Positions 14,361 to 26,700 of a stretch of DNA of 64,000 nt are shown here, piece after piece. Made by a program: the position numbers and the translations under genes. Where the stretch lies: assembly GCF_964204645.1 (NCBI RefSeq), contig NC_134026.1, positions 2,069,950-2,133,949 on the forward strand. The letters run 5' to 3'. The stretch is from Tubulanus polymorphus. Taxonomy: Eukaryota > Animalia > Nemertea. Every line of letters starts with the position of its first letter. The first letter of the stretch is position 1. The notes beneath the pieces were generated by a model that was given only the letters and a program-made list of their open reading frames with translations, searched no databases and was not told the origin of the DNA.

Positions 14361-14575
14361 TTTAATTCATTATATTTTTGGGCTTATCGTAATGTAATAT
14401 TTCGGCGGCCATTTTGTTTCGAGCGTAGTCCGTGAGAATGATCGTCGTTGAGTTGAGTCCGATTCCCAGTCCGAACTGCAATACGCAGCCCTCCACTAAA
14501 ACCAATCGTCCCCGATTGAAAAATAGCGCCATCTTTCGTCGCGGCCGGTGAAATTTAGTGTATAGATTTTTGTAA
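14361..14575. promoter_or_regulatory. Bidirectional promoter shared by NCoR and NUP107
   Basis: CpG-rich segment between the divergent genes. YY1-type motifs GGCGGCCATTTT (14404-14415) and GCGCCATCTT (14526-14535), CCAAT (14502-14506), and a GTAAGT donor at ~14571 for a non-coding NUP107 exon 1. Confidence 0.7.
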
Positions 14576-14934
14576 GTTTAAAATCCGTGAAGTTTCTCAA
14601 ATCATATTCCTGTCTCTCCTACGTAATTTGTATCCAGTATTCTCGTTTCACAAAAAGGAATAAAAGATGCCAAAAATTAGTGCTAAATCGATCTGTAGTC
14701 AGATAAAGAAATTAAAATGGAAGTGATTATTTAGACTTAGTTAGCCGGATCCGGTCACCGACTTCTGAACGCTATTTTGCCGGATCCATATATTATGTAA
14801 CAATAAAATCATTTTATTGGGTTTAGGGTTGGTTTCGATAGAGTTAGTGTCACGAGGGTGAGAAGAGGGTCCAGAGCCAGGGTTCCGTTTCACAACTAGG
14901 GATAGACTAGCTAGGGCCATAAATTGGTAGAAGA

Positions 14935-15060
14935 TAGGATTAGGATAAGGTGAGGCTATGTCTAGTTAAAACATTCAACCAGCTGTCAGTGAGCTCGGTG
15001 GTCTAGTGGTTTGATGCTGCACTAGTAATTTACTGGCCAAGGTTCGAGTCTACGAGTAGC
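14935..15060 (+). mobile_element. tRNA-derived repeat head (A and B boxes), related to the element at 13850-13970
   Basis: A box TGGTCTAGTGG (~14999) and B box GGTTCGAGTC (15041-15050). No complete cloverleaf can be drawn. Confidence 0.55.
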
Positions 15061-15202
15061 CACAGTGACGTGTAATAACTAACTTGTCTTCTTTGGTGCT
15101 TACTTTTGCCTCAGCCTTACTCCTATGATGCCTAAAGACATTTGATGGTTTCATATTTCAGGATTGGATATCAATCACATAGGCCTATGGTGAAAAGCAG
15201 AT

Positions 15203-18200
15203 ATGTCATTTACTGATTTGTTGGCGGGTGATTCTCCACTTCCCAGAGTGGAATCAATCAGTCGAGCTGACAGGAGAAGATCGAACATTAATGTTACAAA
15301 AAGTATCCCTTTATCTACAAATGTAAATGCGAAGACCTTGCTTTAACTTTAAAACGTTATACATATATTGTTGCGTTGTTTTGTTTCCTTGACATTGATG
15401 AAGGTGTTGCACTTTTGAATGATGCAGTGGGAACTCCGGGATTTGGAAGAAAAGTTAAAACTCCATTACGACCAAAAACAATCAGAAAGGATTGTAAGTA
15501 CAGTACATTCATATCCTTTTTAGCTTAATTTACATGATCTTCAGAATAGAAATCTTTTGAATATATCGCAATCTTCTTCGTAAAGATACTTTATCAGCAT
15601 CGATGTTGGAGAACACAGTTCCACTGACTCCGGGATGGCTTGCATCGATGACACTTGGACCTCAGGCTTTCGAAACAACTATGGTAAGTATTACTACTAT
15701 ATAAAAAGTATCTGTCATGAATCTGATGAAATTAACATTAACGACCAAGTTTTATATAGGCTGATCATATGGGAGCTGGGGAAGCAATTACCACAAATAT
15801 ATCTGTAATGGCTGAAGAGATGCCAGAAATTGCAGGTAAAATCACTATTGATAAATTCTCATGTTATGATGTTGTTTGATTTACCAGTAAGTTAATTGTT
15901 TTTTTGTACGCAGCTTCGACTGGACTTTTTGAAGATTTCAAAAATTCGATGAAAACCCGTCGAGGCGAACAGGAATTGTTCGATCTTCTGAATGATTATG
16001 AAAATTTATGTAAAGATCAAGTTAGTTTGCTGTGTAAAGTGTCCAACTTGACCACTCCAGGCCGTTCCAAGTATGTATCAATACAAAAAACAACTATTCA
16101 TTAATATCATATACTATTTGTTGATTTGAATTATGTGTCCCAATCGGATGTGCTTGTTATCTTGTGATCAACACCAATTTCAAACACCAAGAAAAAATGT
16201 CAATAGACTGAATTCATGTATAATCATATATTGGAATATGAATTATTTCCATCTTTAAAGTTTGCTTAATTTCACAGGACAAATAAATTAAGCAGCGTTC
16301 TACATAATTTGACTGCGGAAAGATCAACGTGGGCTTTGTTAAATGCGCTGTATAGAGATAGATTGGATTCTGAGGTTATGGGTGAAGAGGAAGATATGCT
16401 TATTGAACACCAGGTAAATAACAGCCAATCGTATCCAGTCGGTGAGAGTATGATATTTGACTTTCACATTTTTTGTATTCAAAAGATTGTATGTTGAAAT
16501 ATGTTGATTGGATTCTGGTCAAAACGAATGTGTCAGAAGAATATTCTAACTTGTTAGAGCTCGATTAAAACTCTCCTTCAACCACTTAGAAAACCAGAAT
16601 CCATAGATAAGATCGAGTGATAGTTCTCTGGTACATATCTACTATCCCTCACATGTGTTATATATCATGTATACACATTATTTTTTATAGACAATTGGAT
16701 TGAGTGAAAATCATCTCATGCAAGCTTTATTTGAACGAGATGCACTCACAAGACAGGCGCAGGTATTTCACAATAGAGTTATTATACGTACCTAGATCCT
16801 GGGCCTCGCTGGGTAAATATGAGGCAATATTCTGATCATTTATTTTCACTCTATTTTTCCCTATTCAGATAGTTATTGACTGGCTTGAACAAAGCGCTGA
16901 AAGTGTCCTAGAAAACTACTATTCCCAAGTGGAATTTTCAACAGACAAATCAGCTGCCTGGTACGTCGGATACATATCATTAAAATATGAATGTAATATA
17001 CAGATGTATATGTCCAAAATTTAAAAACTTATTCGATGAAAAATCAGTCATCACGTTATTATGATATTTTCTCCAGGGAAAATACTTTATATACACTACA
17101 ACAAAAGAGTCATCAGATGCCAATGGAATCTTCAATCAATCGTTTGTTGGTTACTGAAATGGTAATTACGTTTTAGTAATTTTTGAACACTTTGTCAGAT
17201 GTACGAGTTTTATGTAAACTGGTTGTGATTGTATTGTAGGATCCTGATGCCCCTTTACGACAGAAAAAGCAACTCGCCGATCTCGATAAGGAGGATGAAG
17301 ACAAATTATTCAAATATATGTTCGCGCTGATACGTGCTGGTCAGTTAGACGAGGTGTGTACCAGGTCCTTTTCTGAGTGAATGTATTGAGCAATTTGAAA
17401 AGTATCCAGTTCAGTATATTGGGCTGATGTCGTCATAGCAAGGGTGAAATTGATGTGAAAAAGTCTAAATGTTGAAATCTCTGCGATGAATTATGAAAAT
17501 AATGTGAGCATTTTCAAAAATGTGTGAAAATTAATGAAATTTTGTTTTCACCACTGTTGTAGGCTCAACAGTTGTGTATAAGATGTGGTCAAGCGTGGAG
17601 AGCTGCTAGTTTAGAGGGCTGGCGACTTTATCACGATCCGAATTACGAAGGATTCGGAAATAATTCTATGATTCAACCGATTAATGGAAACATGTATCGC
17701 GATGTATGGAAATCTGTTGCGTGGACGATGGCAGAAGATGTGAGTGCGATATTGAGAAAAATGGGCTTTCATTAAATAGTGAAACCTTGCTAATCCGATT
17801 CGGTCTAATACTAAACATGTTTATTACAATGATTACCAGAAGTACTGGCCGAGATATTCATGTAAATCCAGATTTGGATAAAATGACAACAGTTTAATAC
17901 AATAATTTCCACAAGATTCATATTAACAATTTTCCACTTGTTAATAGATAGTCCATGAGCTTCAATATACAAATTGTTTTTAGAAGTCGGCTTCAAGGCC
18001 ACTTTCAATCATTAAATGATAGCAATCTAACTATTATATTTCCATACAGGAGCATGTTCATCCATTAGAGCGTGCAATATATGCTTCATATTGCGGTAAC
18101 TTGAAACCATTACTGTCTGCGTGTAAATCATGGCATGATTATACGTGGGCTTATTGTAAAGTTCTGGTGGACAATCGCGTCGAACAAGAAATACAAGTGC

Positions 18201-20673
18201 ATAGCAATAAACAATCACAGCTCATGGCCGCAAATCAACATCTGTAAGTAGAATACATATGATATATTTCTTGTAATGATAAATGGCTTGCTTTCTTGAA
18301 ATTGCGTATTTCTTGTGAATGTTTAAGGACTGACTTCAAAACAGTTTTCAAAGACATAGAAGCTTCTCCCAACGAGGTAAAAGACCAAAATCATTGCGCT
18401 AATATCATTCTCTCTAGATGATTTTCGAGATAATGAATTATTTTTTCAATTTCAGAATATAAGGAAAGAAGGATTGCAATCGTATCAGATAATTCAGAAA
18501 TATATCATATTGGGTGATATTGATGGTAAGACTTACTCAAATCTGAAAAAATCTCTTAATGCATTTATATATTATATACGGGTATATATATTTCCATTGT
18601 TTCGTTCATAGGTTTGTTAGATCATATGAACTCATGGTTGAAAATGAAAGAACGTCCCAGTCATCATTTGATTCGATTTATGGCTCACTTGGTATTGTTT
18701 GCCAATCTCACTAATCTCTGCACGAAGGTAAATCATACAGCTAGCAAATAATTCCAAATATCTGATTCCTTACTTTAGATGAACTCCTTATTTTCATTTC
18801 TAAGGATGAAGTTTGTACAATGGTTCTAGAAGCTTACGTTTCTGATTTAATTGAGGAGAAACATAACCATCTTGTAGCTGCATATGTGTCTAAACTGCCT
18901 AAAGACAGGCAGGTTCAATGGTATGCACGATTTTTAGAAGGTAAGCTGAATTTGTAACATTGAAATATACTGCATAATTGCAAAAAGTATGAGTAATTAT
19001 TTTGTGATTTTGTTGAAGGTATCCATGAAAAGGATGAAAGACAGAATTGTTTGATATTAGCCGAAGAGGAAGGATTAGATGTACCAAGTATTACTAAATT
19101 AGTGGTTGAAAATATACGTGCTTACGGTGCTGCTGAGTTTAGTCTCAACACAGGAACTGCATTAGAAGCCGTCACAACTGAGGTCAGCTGTAGGACACCT
19201 TATATGAGAAATCTTTCCTGCAGATCTACCCTATTCGATGTACAGGTATATGGAACTTACACACGTTTTGTTCATTTCAGGAAGATAGAATTAAAATTGA
19301 AGCCATTGATTGGTTAGTTTTTGATGAGACTCAGAGAGCGGAAGCTATGAGACAAGCGAATGCAGTGATGAGGTCTTTCATGGGTGAGTGCATGTTCGTT
19401 TTGATAAACTTTATAATGGATTGTACACCACACCAAGTCTTTTATTTGCTTGTTTGTTCTTTAGCGCTGAAGAAGCATGATGCTGCAAGAGCTGTCTTCA
19501 ATAAAATTCCAACCGGATCTATTGATGCCATACATCGAAATGCGGTCTCAATGGTTAGTTTGATTATTCACTAAATTCCGAGATTGATTCTGTTAGCAGT
19601 CTTTATGATTATTTACATATTAATTACTGTAGGGACTGACGGAACTTGAACCTGATGATGATAATGCTATACGAGAACATCTCTGCATACAAGCGTATCT
19701 GGTGCGTATGATTATTAGTTGATATTAAGGAGTTAGTGAAATTTTGAATTTTTTGTGGCAATGAATAGTGAAACCTCATTACGAGCTTAAGGGGACCAGA
19801 AAATCTGTTCGTTGTAACCGATAGTTCCTTATATCCAGTATAAAATTATTGAAATTGTTCTATTTTGGGATAAAATTCAAGTTTTGTTATAACTGATTAA
19901 TCATTAGATCCAGGGCTGTTATTAGGAGGTTTCGTTGTATCTCAGCTTGGTTTGTGATTGATTCAATCTATTGTAGGACGCTCATGATTCGTTCAACGAC
20001 TGGTTTAAACACTTTCATCATTCGAGACCAGAGAAACCGGTGCGTCCTGATAGTGAAACATTCACTGTGATCGTAGCTTACGAACACAAACATCGACAAT
20101 ATGAGGCCGACTTAGAACGCTGGCAACATTCGCTCATGTCGCAAACAAAGGTTCGATCAAATTTAAAACTAGCGGTGAATTCTGATGTCTTGAATCTGTC
20201 AGTTAAAAATACACACATTTTTTTACAGACAACAGTTGATCGTATGTACAATGTATTACTGTTTGTGGATGCTGGATGGATGGTCGACGTTCACCAACAA
20301 AATGATGAAGATAATGAATCACGTCGTCAGCAGATGGTTTTACTTCGGCAACTATGTTTACCTACGATCTGTTTCTTGTTGCATAAAGTTCTACACGCCA
20401 CTGAACAGTATCAGGAATGTATTCAGTTGGCCGATGTTGTAGCTTCTGAAAGATACGCACTTTATAAGGTTTGTAACTTCAAAATGAACAATCCCCGATT
20501 CGGATAATCTAAGCACATTCTTGAAGTCATAGTACCGGTAAATGCCATTCTGCGACTCTGATTTACAGGTATTTCCTAGCGAAGAATTGCAGAAATTATT
20601 ACGTATGTTACAAGAATCGTCAGTCGCTCTACTGGATAAAGGCTTAGATCCACTAGGATACAATTTAACGTGA
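15203..20673 (+). CDS. NUP107: Nuclear pore complex protein Nup107 (about 23 short coding exons)
   Basis: In-phase exon chain containing [88 protein letters not shown] and the C-terminal [11 protein letters not shown]. Stop TGA at 20671-20673; AATAAA at 20812. Confidence 0.97.
15303..15403 (+). other. U12-type (minor spliceosome) GT-AG intron of NUP107
   Basis: 5' site GTATCCCTTT and branch site TTCCTTGAC (15385-15393), with the branch A 11 nt from the end of the AG and no polypyrimidine tract between them. Splicing keeps the frame ([16 protein letters not shown]). Confidence 0.8.
19766..19937. mobile_element. Tc1/mariner (Tigger-like) MITE, copy 1
   Basis: Ends AGTGAAACCTC and GAGGTTTCGTTG|TA. 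Collinear similarity to 51498-51675 (GGGACCAGAA, CCGATAGTTC, TAAAATTATTGAAA, ATAACTGAT). Confidence 0.75.
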
Positions 20674-21031
20674 AGATGATGATCCTTCAGTTGTAACAAC
20701 TTGCCAGGAAAAAATCAATGTGGAATACATCGTCCTCAAAGAATTGTCATGAAAACTTGCATTTATAAAACTTGTCAAAGCCTCATTTTGTTAAAACCTT
20801 GTTTGTAACTGAATAAAATGCAGTACAAGAGATTTCTACACAAATATCACATCTTGCTTTTATTTACATATTTTTTTTTTTCTACAACGAGCTCTTTATG
20901 AGTGAATTCTATATACATTGTACATGGTATAACTTTGATAAGCTTCATTTTAGCACTACGTTTACATGAGTAGCTACGAATAACAACGGTGATGTCCATC
21001 CATTTCAACGACTTCTAGCTGTTTTCGGGAT

Positions 21032-22815
21032 TCATTCTTTAGAAATTCCATAGTCGAGTTTGATAATAGATTCCTGAAATAAACGAATTGAACTCCAGTT
21101 ATAGACATAATGGCTATTTCAAGTAGAAGTTTAAGCAATCGATTTACCTGATCATCACAATACTGATCCTGTATTTGTGCAAGTTCAAATTCTTCAGACA
21201 GATGATCATCATCGCAGTAGATGTGTACCTGTAATTTACAAAACATTGGATTGAAAAATAGTGGAACCCTGTCGAGAAAAAATTCATCAGAATAGTCGAA
21301 CTCGCCTTCATATCGCCACTTAATTGTAGTTTGTTGATGATGAATTGTTTTAGTTGTTTGATAGTAGCTCCTCCAGTCACTCTAATGTAACGCTTGAACA
21401 ATGGCTGAAAATGTTGAATCGAATGTATTCGACAATTTTTTGTCCTGGATTGATTAGTAAAACAAGCTCCGTGCATTTAAGATTTGACCATCAAATTTTT
21501 CAACAATTACTTACCTCAACCATCAACTCCACTTCACCACTGAATCTGTAATGAACGAAGAGAAACAGTATTAGGCTATATAAACTGTTGAGGAACAATT
21601 CTATTTACATTGAGGGATTTTTTGCTTACCCAGCAAATTCCAAAACAATTGAAACAAGCCTAGGACGTTTCAAGGGAATCTGCTTTCTTTCTAACTCGTC
21701 AAGTTCTTCTTGACTCAATAAAACTACAAATACATTGTGTATATTGCAATGAAATGAACATAATTCATTTTCTAAAACCTTCACAAAATACCAGGTGAAA
21801 GTTAAAAAATTTCATTTAACGATTGGGAATTCGAAAAAAAATACCTTTTTCTGGGACTGGAAGATTTCTTTCCTTGTAAAACTGATATTCCCTTCTTGTT
21901 TCCTCTAAAGTAAAGAAAAAAACACATCTAGAAAATCCGAAATATCACTAATGGTCACTAACATCTTGCAATGACAATGACATCGTCAGGTGACGATGAT
22001 CTCTAGGGTGAGATCGAAACGTCGTGTCTTTTATATATTTTAGATTTAATAAATTAATTCTGGTTTTTAAATTCTTTTAATCTGTAAATAGTGGGATTTT
22101 ATCTTATTATCCGTTCACCACGTTTGAGTGTGGTCATCGTTCTATCTTACCTTTACTGAGATGAGGTAACAATTTGGCTAATATATCTTGTTTTTGTCGG
22201 TCATATCTATAAAATAAAACCGAAAAAATTAATTACAGCAATGCAAACTTAACCGATAGCATGTTGGTAGTGGTATAGGCGTAATTGATTACTCCAAGGT
22301 TGTTTTACTTGATGAACGAGAGTGGATTCGTAGGATGAATTTCTAGCTCGCAACTCGGGCAATGTAGACTTTTATAGAAATGCTTCACGAGACAACTTCG
22401 ACAGACTGAAACACGATCAAATACATTAACTACAAATATAGAATAAATTGATTGTTTTGGATTGTAACACTGACTCATTGATAGGCTATGAATGGGGTGG
22501 GTAATTTAATACTTACAACTATGAAGACATTCAGTGATGGTAACTGCTTCGATAAGATATCCAGCACACAACTGACACGTTATATATGGATTTAACAAGC
22601 GAAGTTGAATCTTTCTGTCAGGAGGGACAATCACTTTTAGATGATTGCTTATATGTTCACTTCTCTAAAATTTACAAGAAAAATACCAATATCTAAAACC
22701 AATAATGCCAAATATTCTAGAATAGTGAATGTAGTTAGTAACACAATCTGACCGTAGAAAACTCCAATAACTTCTTTTTCAGTTCTTTCGATACTTTTCT
22801 TTTCCGGTTTGGCAT
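21032..22815 (-). CDS. PCGF6: Polycomb group RING finger protein, PCGF6-like (RING + RAWUL)
   Basis: Spliced product [10 protein letters not shown]...[124 protein letters not shown]. The PCGF family call is firm; the subfamily is judged from motif resemblance only. Confidence 0.85.
21979..22140 (+). mobile_element. Penelope-like element remnant with a hammerhead-ribozyme-like motif
   Basis: TGACGA-T-GATCTC(tagggt)GAGATC-GAAAC-GTC-GTGTC followed by AATAAA (~22048), preceded by an inverted copy of the core box. Confidence 0.55.
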
Positions 22816-23668
22816 ATTATTGTGTAAATGAGCTTCTGAAAGAAAAGATGCAGGACTCAAGCTTAGTTACGAACTGGAATCTGCCAATTCAATCTTACTG
22901 ATCACCTGGGTGGGTGGCTAAAGCGCTCTATGATTATGAATAATCAAATCAAGCTGAACAGGCTTCCTGCGAATACCGGTGCGGTAGGCTGCCTACCGTC
23001 CTTGTGTGCGATCATACATTTACATTACATTGTTGATGATGTTAATGTTTTCACATCGGTACTAATCAGACTTTCACTAAGGCAGGTGCTGCTTTATTAA
23101 TAATCCGATATAGGATTGCGATCAATTTTCCACAGCAGAGGTGAAGCACAGAAGACACACAGTTCACACACAGACAGCACTGTCAGCAGGCCTAATTCTT
23201 TGAACGTAAGGGGAAGGCAATGGGCAGGCGATACACTACCAGCACTCTACTTCCTCGGAAGAATATCATTCCAGATAAAGTGCTTACGTTTTTGGATTCG
23301 ATTTATCCTTTTCTTCTCGAGGTAGACCTAAGCACGCGCTGCTATTCGAAAAATATTTGAAAATTTATTCCACCTTAACCTACGACCTTGTGTTAAGGGT
23401 GCAGCCATAACCGAAAATGAATCCGGATCAGGGTACGAATCCTGTATATATTTATTTTTTGATAAAATCCCAGATCATAGAATTTCTCGTGGACAATGGA
23501 TCAGATCGAAATGAAACCTTATTTATCTCAAGTAGAATATGAATATTCAACGACCTTATCAGAAAATCATCATTTGCTGGAAATGTGTTGACCCAACGTT
23601 AATTATCGGGATTCGAACCCTCCATACAACATTGTATTGAATTGTATTGTATTGAATTTATTTACGTA

Positions 23669-23674
23669 CACGTG
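23669..23674. promoter_or_regulatory. Canonical E-box just upstream of the NOP56 start codon
   Basis: CACGTG about 40 nt before the ATG. Ribosome-biogenesis genes are established Myc targets. Confidence 0.5.
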
Positions 23675-23712
23675 GGTCCCAATTCGGGACAAACTTTGTA
23701 AATTGTTTAATA

Positions 23713-26700
23713 ATGGTAAGTGATTTTAATGATTCCTAGCCTTGTTGATTTTAAGATATTTTCGCTGTATATTTGGGAGCTGTCTTTGTTTTCTATGATA
23801 AGTTTATTTTGTCGTAATCTTCGTCTTGATAATGCTGTCGTTTTCTGGAACTTTTGAATTGAATTGATTTTATTGTAAACATTTTACGATATAGCTACAC
23901 AAACAAATAAAGTGCAATTTATCATTTTAATACGTCTGATCTTCATGTCATTTATTACGCTTCTGGTTTGCAAACTGTTTGCGAGTAAAAGGCTTTCTCG
24001 TTCTTCTAATCTAAACGATGAAAATCTTTTATTCATGTTCGAATTAATCATTTCAGGTTCAAACGTTCCACGTATTGTATGAACATGCATCTGGGTATGC
24101 GTTGTTCAAGGTGAAGGAATTTGAAGAGATGGCCATGTTTCTACCGGAGGTGGAACAAAGCGCGACTGATATCAGCAAATTCAATTCCATTGTGAATTTG
24201 GTTTCATTCTCGCCTTTCAAGAGTGGAACGAACGCTTTGGATAACATTAATAGCATTTCTGAAGGTAAAAACTCATTCGTGAAATTTCAGCCTCCGTTCG
24301 CTAGATTTTATTCGATTTAATTAACGACGATTTGTATTTCAGGTATACTTCACGACGATCTGAAGTTGTTCTTGGAAACGAATCTTCCTAAAGCGAGCAA
24401 GAAATCGAAATCTCTTCTCGGAATCGGCGATGCTAAACTCGGAGCGGCCATTTCGGAGATGTTTGACAATGTATCTGTTAAACATACAGGCGTTACCCCT
24501 GAAATTATTCGTGGTAGGTTTTATGTAAAATATGAATAGGATGTTTATTCTAACAGGTTCTCTACAACTCCTTGATTCTTTAAACTCCTTTACAGAAAAT
24601 GCTTTTGAGCTTCAATGTTCTTTAATTCGAGCAAATTGCCAGAAAATCCTTGAAGTTCCTTCACTTTTGAGAAATAATGATGATATTTTGAATAATGATA
24701 TTTTGATTATCTGGGGGAAAGCATTTTGGTGTTGCACAATCTAATCTTCATCAATTTCGTCTCCTATATTTATGTGTTTCATTCGTTTTTTCAGGGGTGA
24801 GGTATCATTTTCACCACTTGGTAAAAGGTCTAACAGAAAAATCGCAGTCGAAAGCCCAACTCGGTTTGGGTCACAGTTATTCGCGCTGCAAAGTGAAATT
24901 TAACGTAAATCGAGTTGATAACATGATCATTCAGAGTATCGCGTTACTGGACCAACTTGACAAAGATATCAACACATTCTCTATGAGAATAAGGTATGTG
25001 AGGAGGCTTCTATGTGCCATTACACTTTTATAGAATGAGAAAATATGTTTTAAGTTCACTGCTTTACCTTGTTTGGATTTATTTTTTTTTTAAATCAGAT
25101 TTAGGTGGATGATTTATTAAAAAGTTGAAAATATGTAGCTTTTCTGGTTTATATAAGATTCATGCTATGATGATAAAATAGTGAAAATCCGTGTTGGATC
25201 TTCACATTGTGGGGTCTTGTATTTATATACCCATACGGTACACTTCAAAGTGTGCTAGTTGCAATTACTTTCTCCAACATATCTATTCATTTGTTTCAAA
25301 ATTTATGGAGCATGTAATCGTTAAAATGGTACATTTCAGAGAATGGTATTCGTATCACTTCCCGGAGCTGATTAAGATCGTCAAAGAAAACAACTTGTTC
25401 GCCCGATGTGTGAAGATCATCAAAAACCGTAAAGAAATGACCGACGAAAAAGTGGCTGAATTAGAAGAAGTTCTGATGGACAGCGCTCTCGCGAAAGCAG
25501 TGCTCGACGCGTCGAAATCATCCATGGGTAAGTTATCAGTATCGGACTTGAGCTGAGATGTTAAATCCCGCTGCCCTGAGATTAAACTGACGCCAAGATG
25601 ATCTTTCAAAAAACTAACGCTATATTAATTGATATTTTAGGAATGGATATCTCTCCAGTGGATCTGATTAATATTCAGATGTTCTGTTCACGTGTTATCG
25701 CTTTGGCCGATTACCGCAAATCTTTGTATAATTACCTACACAGCAAAATGTCACAAGTTGCCCCGAATCTCGCTGCACTCATCGGAGAACAGGTAAATCT
25801 GTCACAACTCGATATTTAGACACAATTCTAGTATTGATATTTACTGTTGATCTTCATTTTCCATCCAGGTCGGTGCAAGGCTTATTTCGCACGCCGGTAG
25901 TTTGACTAATTTGGCAAAATATCCAGCGTCGACGGTACAGATTCTCGGAGCTGAAAAAGCATTGTTCAGGTATTGTATTGTAAAATATTGAAAGTCTTTC
26001 TTTTCTGAGTTCGAGAATTAAGAGATACTAATTCCGTAAATTGTGTGAATCATTATTTCAGAGCTTTAAAAACAAGAGGAAATACTCCGAAGTACGGACT
26101 GATTTACCACTCGACGTTCATCGGCCGAGCCGCTGCAGCTAATAAGGGTCGCATTTCTAGATATTTAGCCAACAAGTGTTCGATAGCTTCGAGAATCGAT
26201 TGTTTCTCGGAAAATCAGTCGTCAATATACGGCGAACATTTGAGGGAACAAGTCGAGGACCGTTTGAAATTCTACGATTCCGGTGAAACGCCCAAGAAGA
26301 ACATCGACGTAATGAGAGAAGCTTCATCTCTGGTAAGAAGATTTAGAATAATCTTATGAATAAATTCATGGGCAATTCTAGGGAAATTGCGAGACAGGGG
26401 TCCAGAAGCAAAGGAAGGACAAACTTTCTATAAAGAAGCCACGCAGGAGGCTGCAAGTAGAGTTAACCTTAGGTGTTCAAAATTGGGAATCTGAAACTGC
26501 GATTTCAGAGGCTTGGTAACTCTAAGTCTCTCAGAAACCAGAAATCGTACCTTTTCAGATTCTTCTTAGACAGAAATCGCCAAAACATCTGCCTTAGTTA
26601 AGTAGGCAACCTCCATAGGGATCTTAGACTAGAAAAGTGTCCGAAACCCCGAAGTCCACCCCTAAAATTTGTGCTGCTTCATGTATATCTTAAGAGGATT

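Noticed and set aside
14995-15060. Second tRNA gene
   Set aside because: A and B boxes are present but the acceptor and anticodon stems do not pair. Treated as a repeat head.
15511-15520. Perfect U12 AT-AC donor ATATCCTTTT in the next NUP107 intron, a possible twintron
   Set aside because: There is no U12 branch site or in-frame AC acceptor at a workable distance. The GTAAGT donor at 15494 already gives the correct frame.
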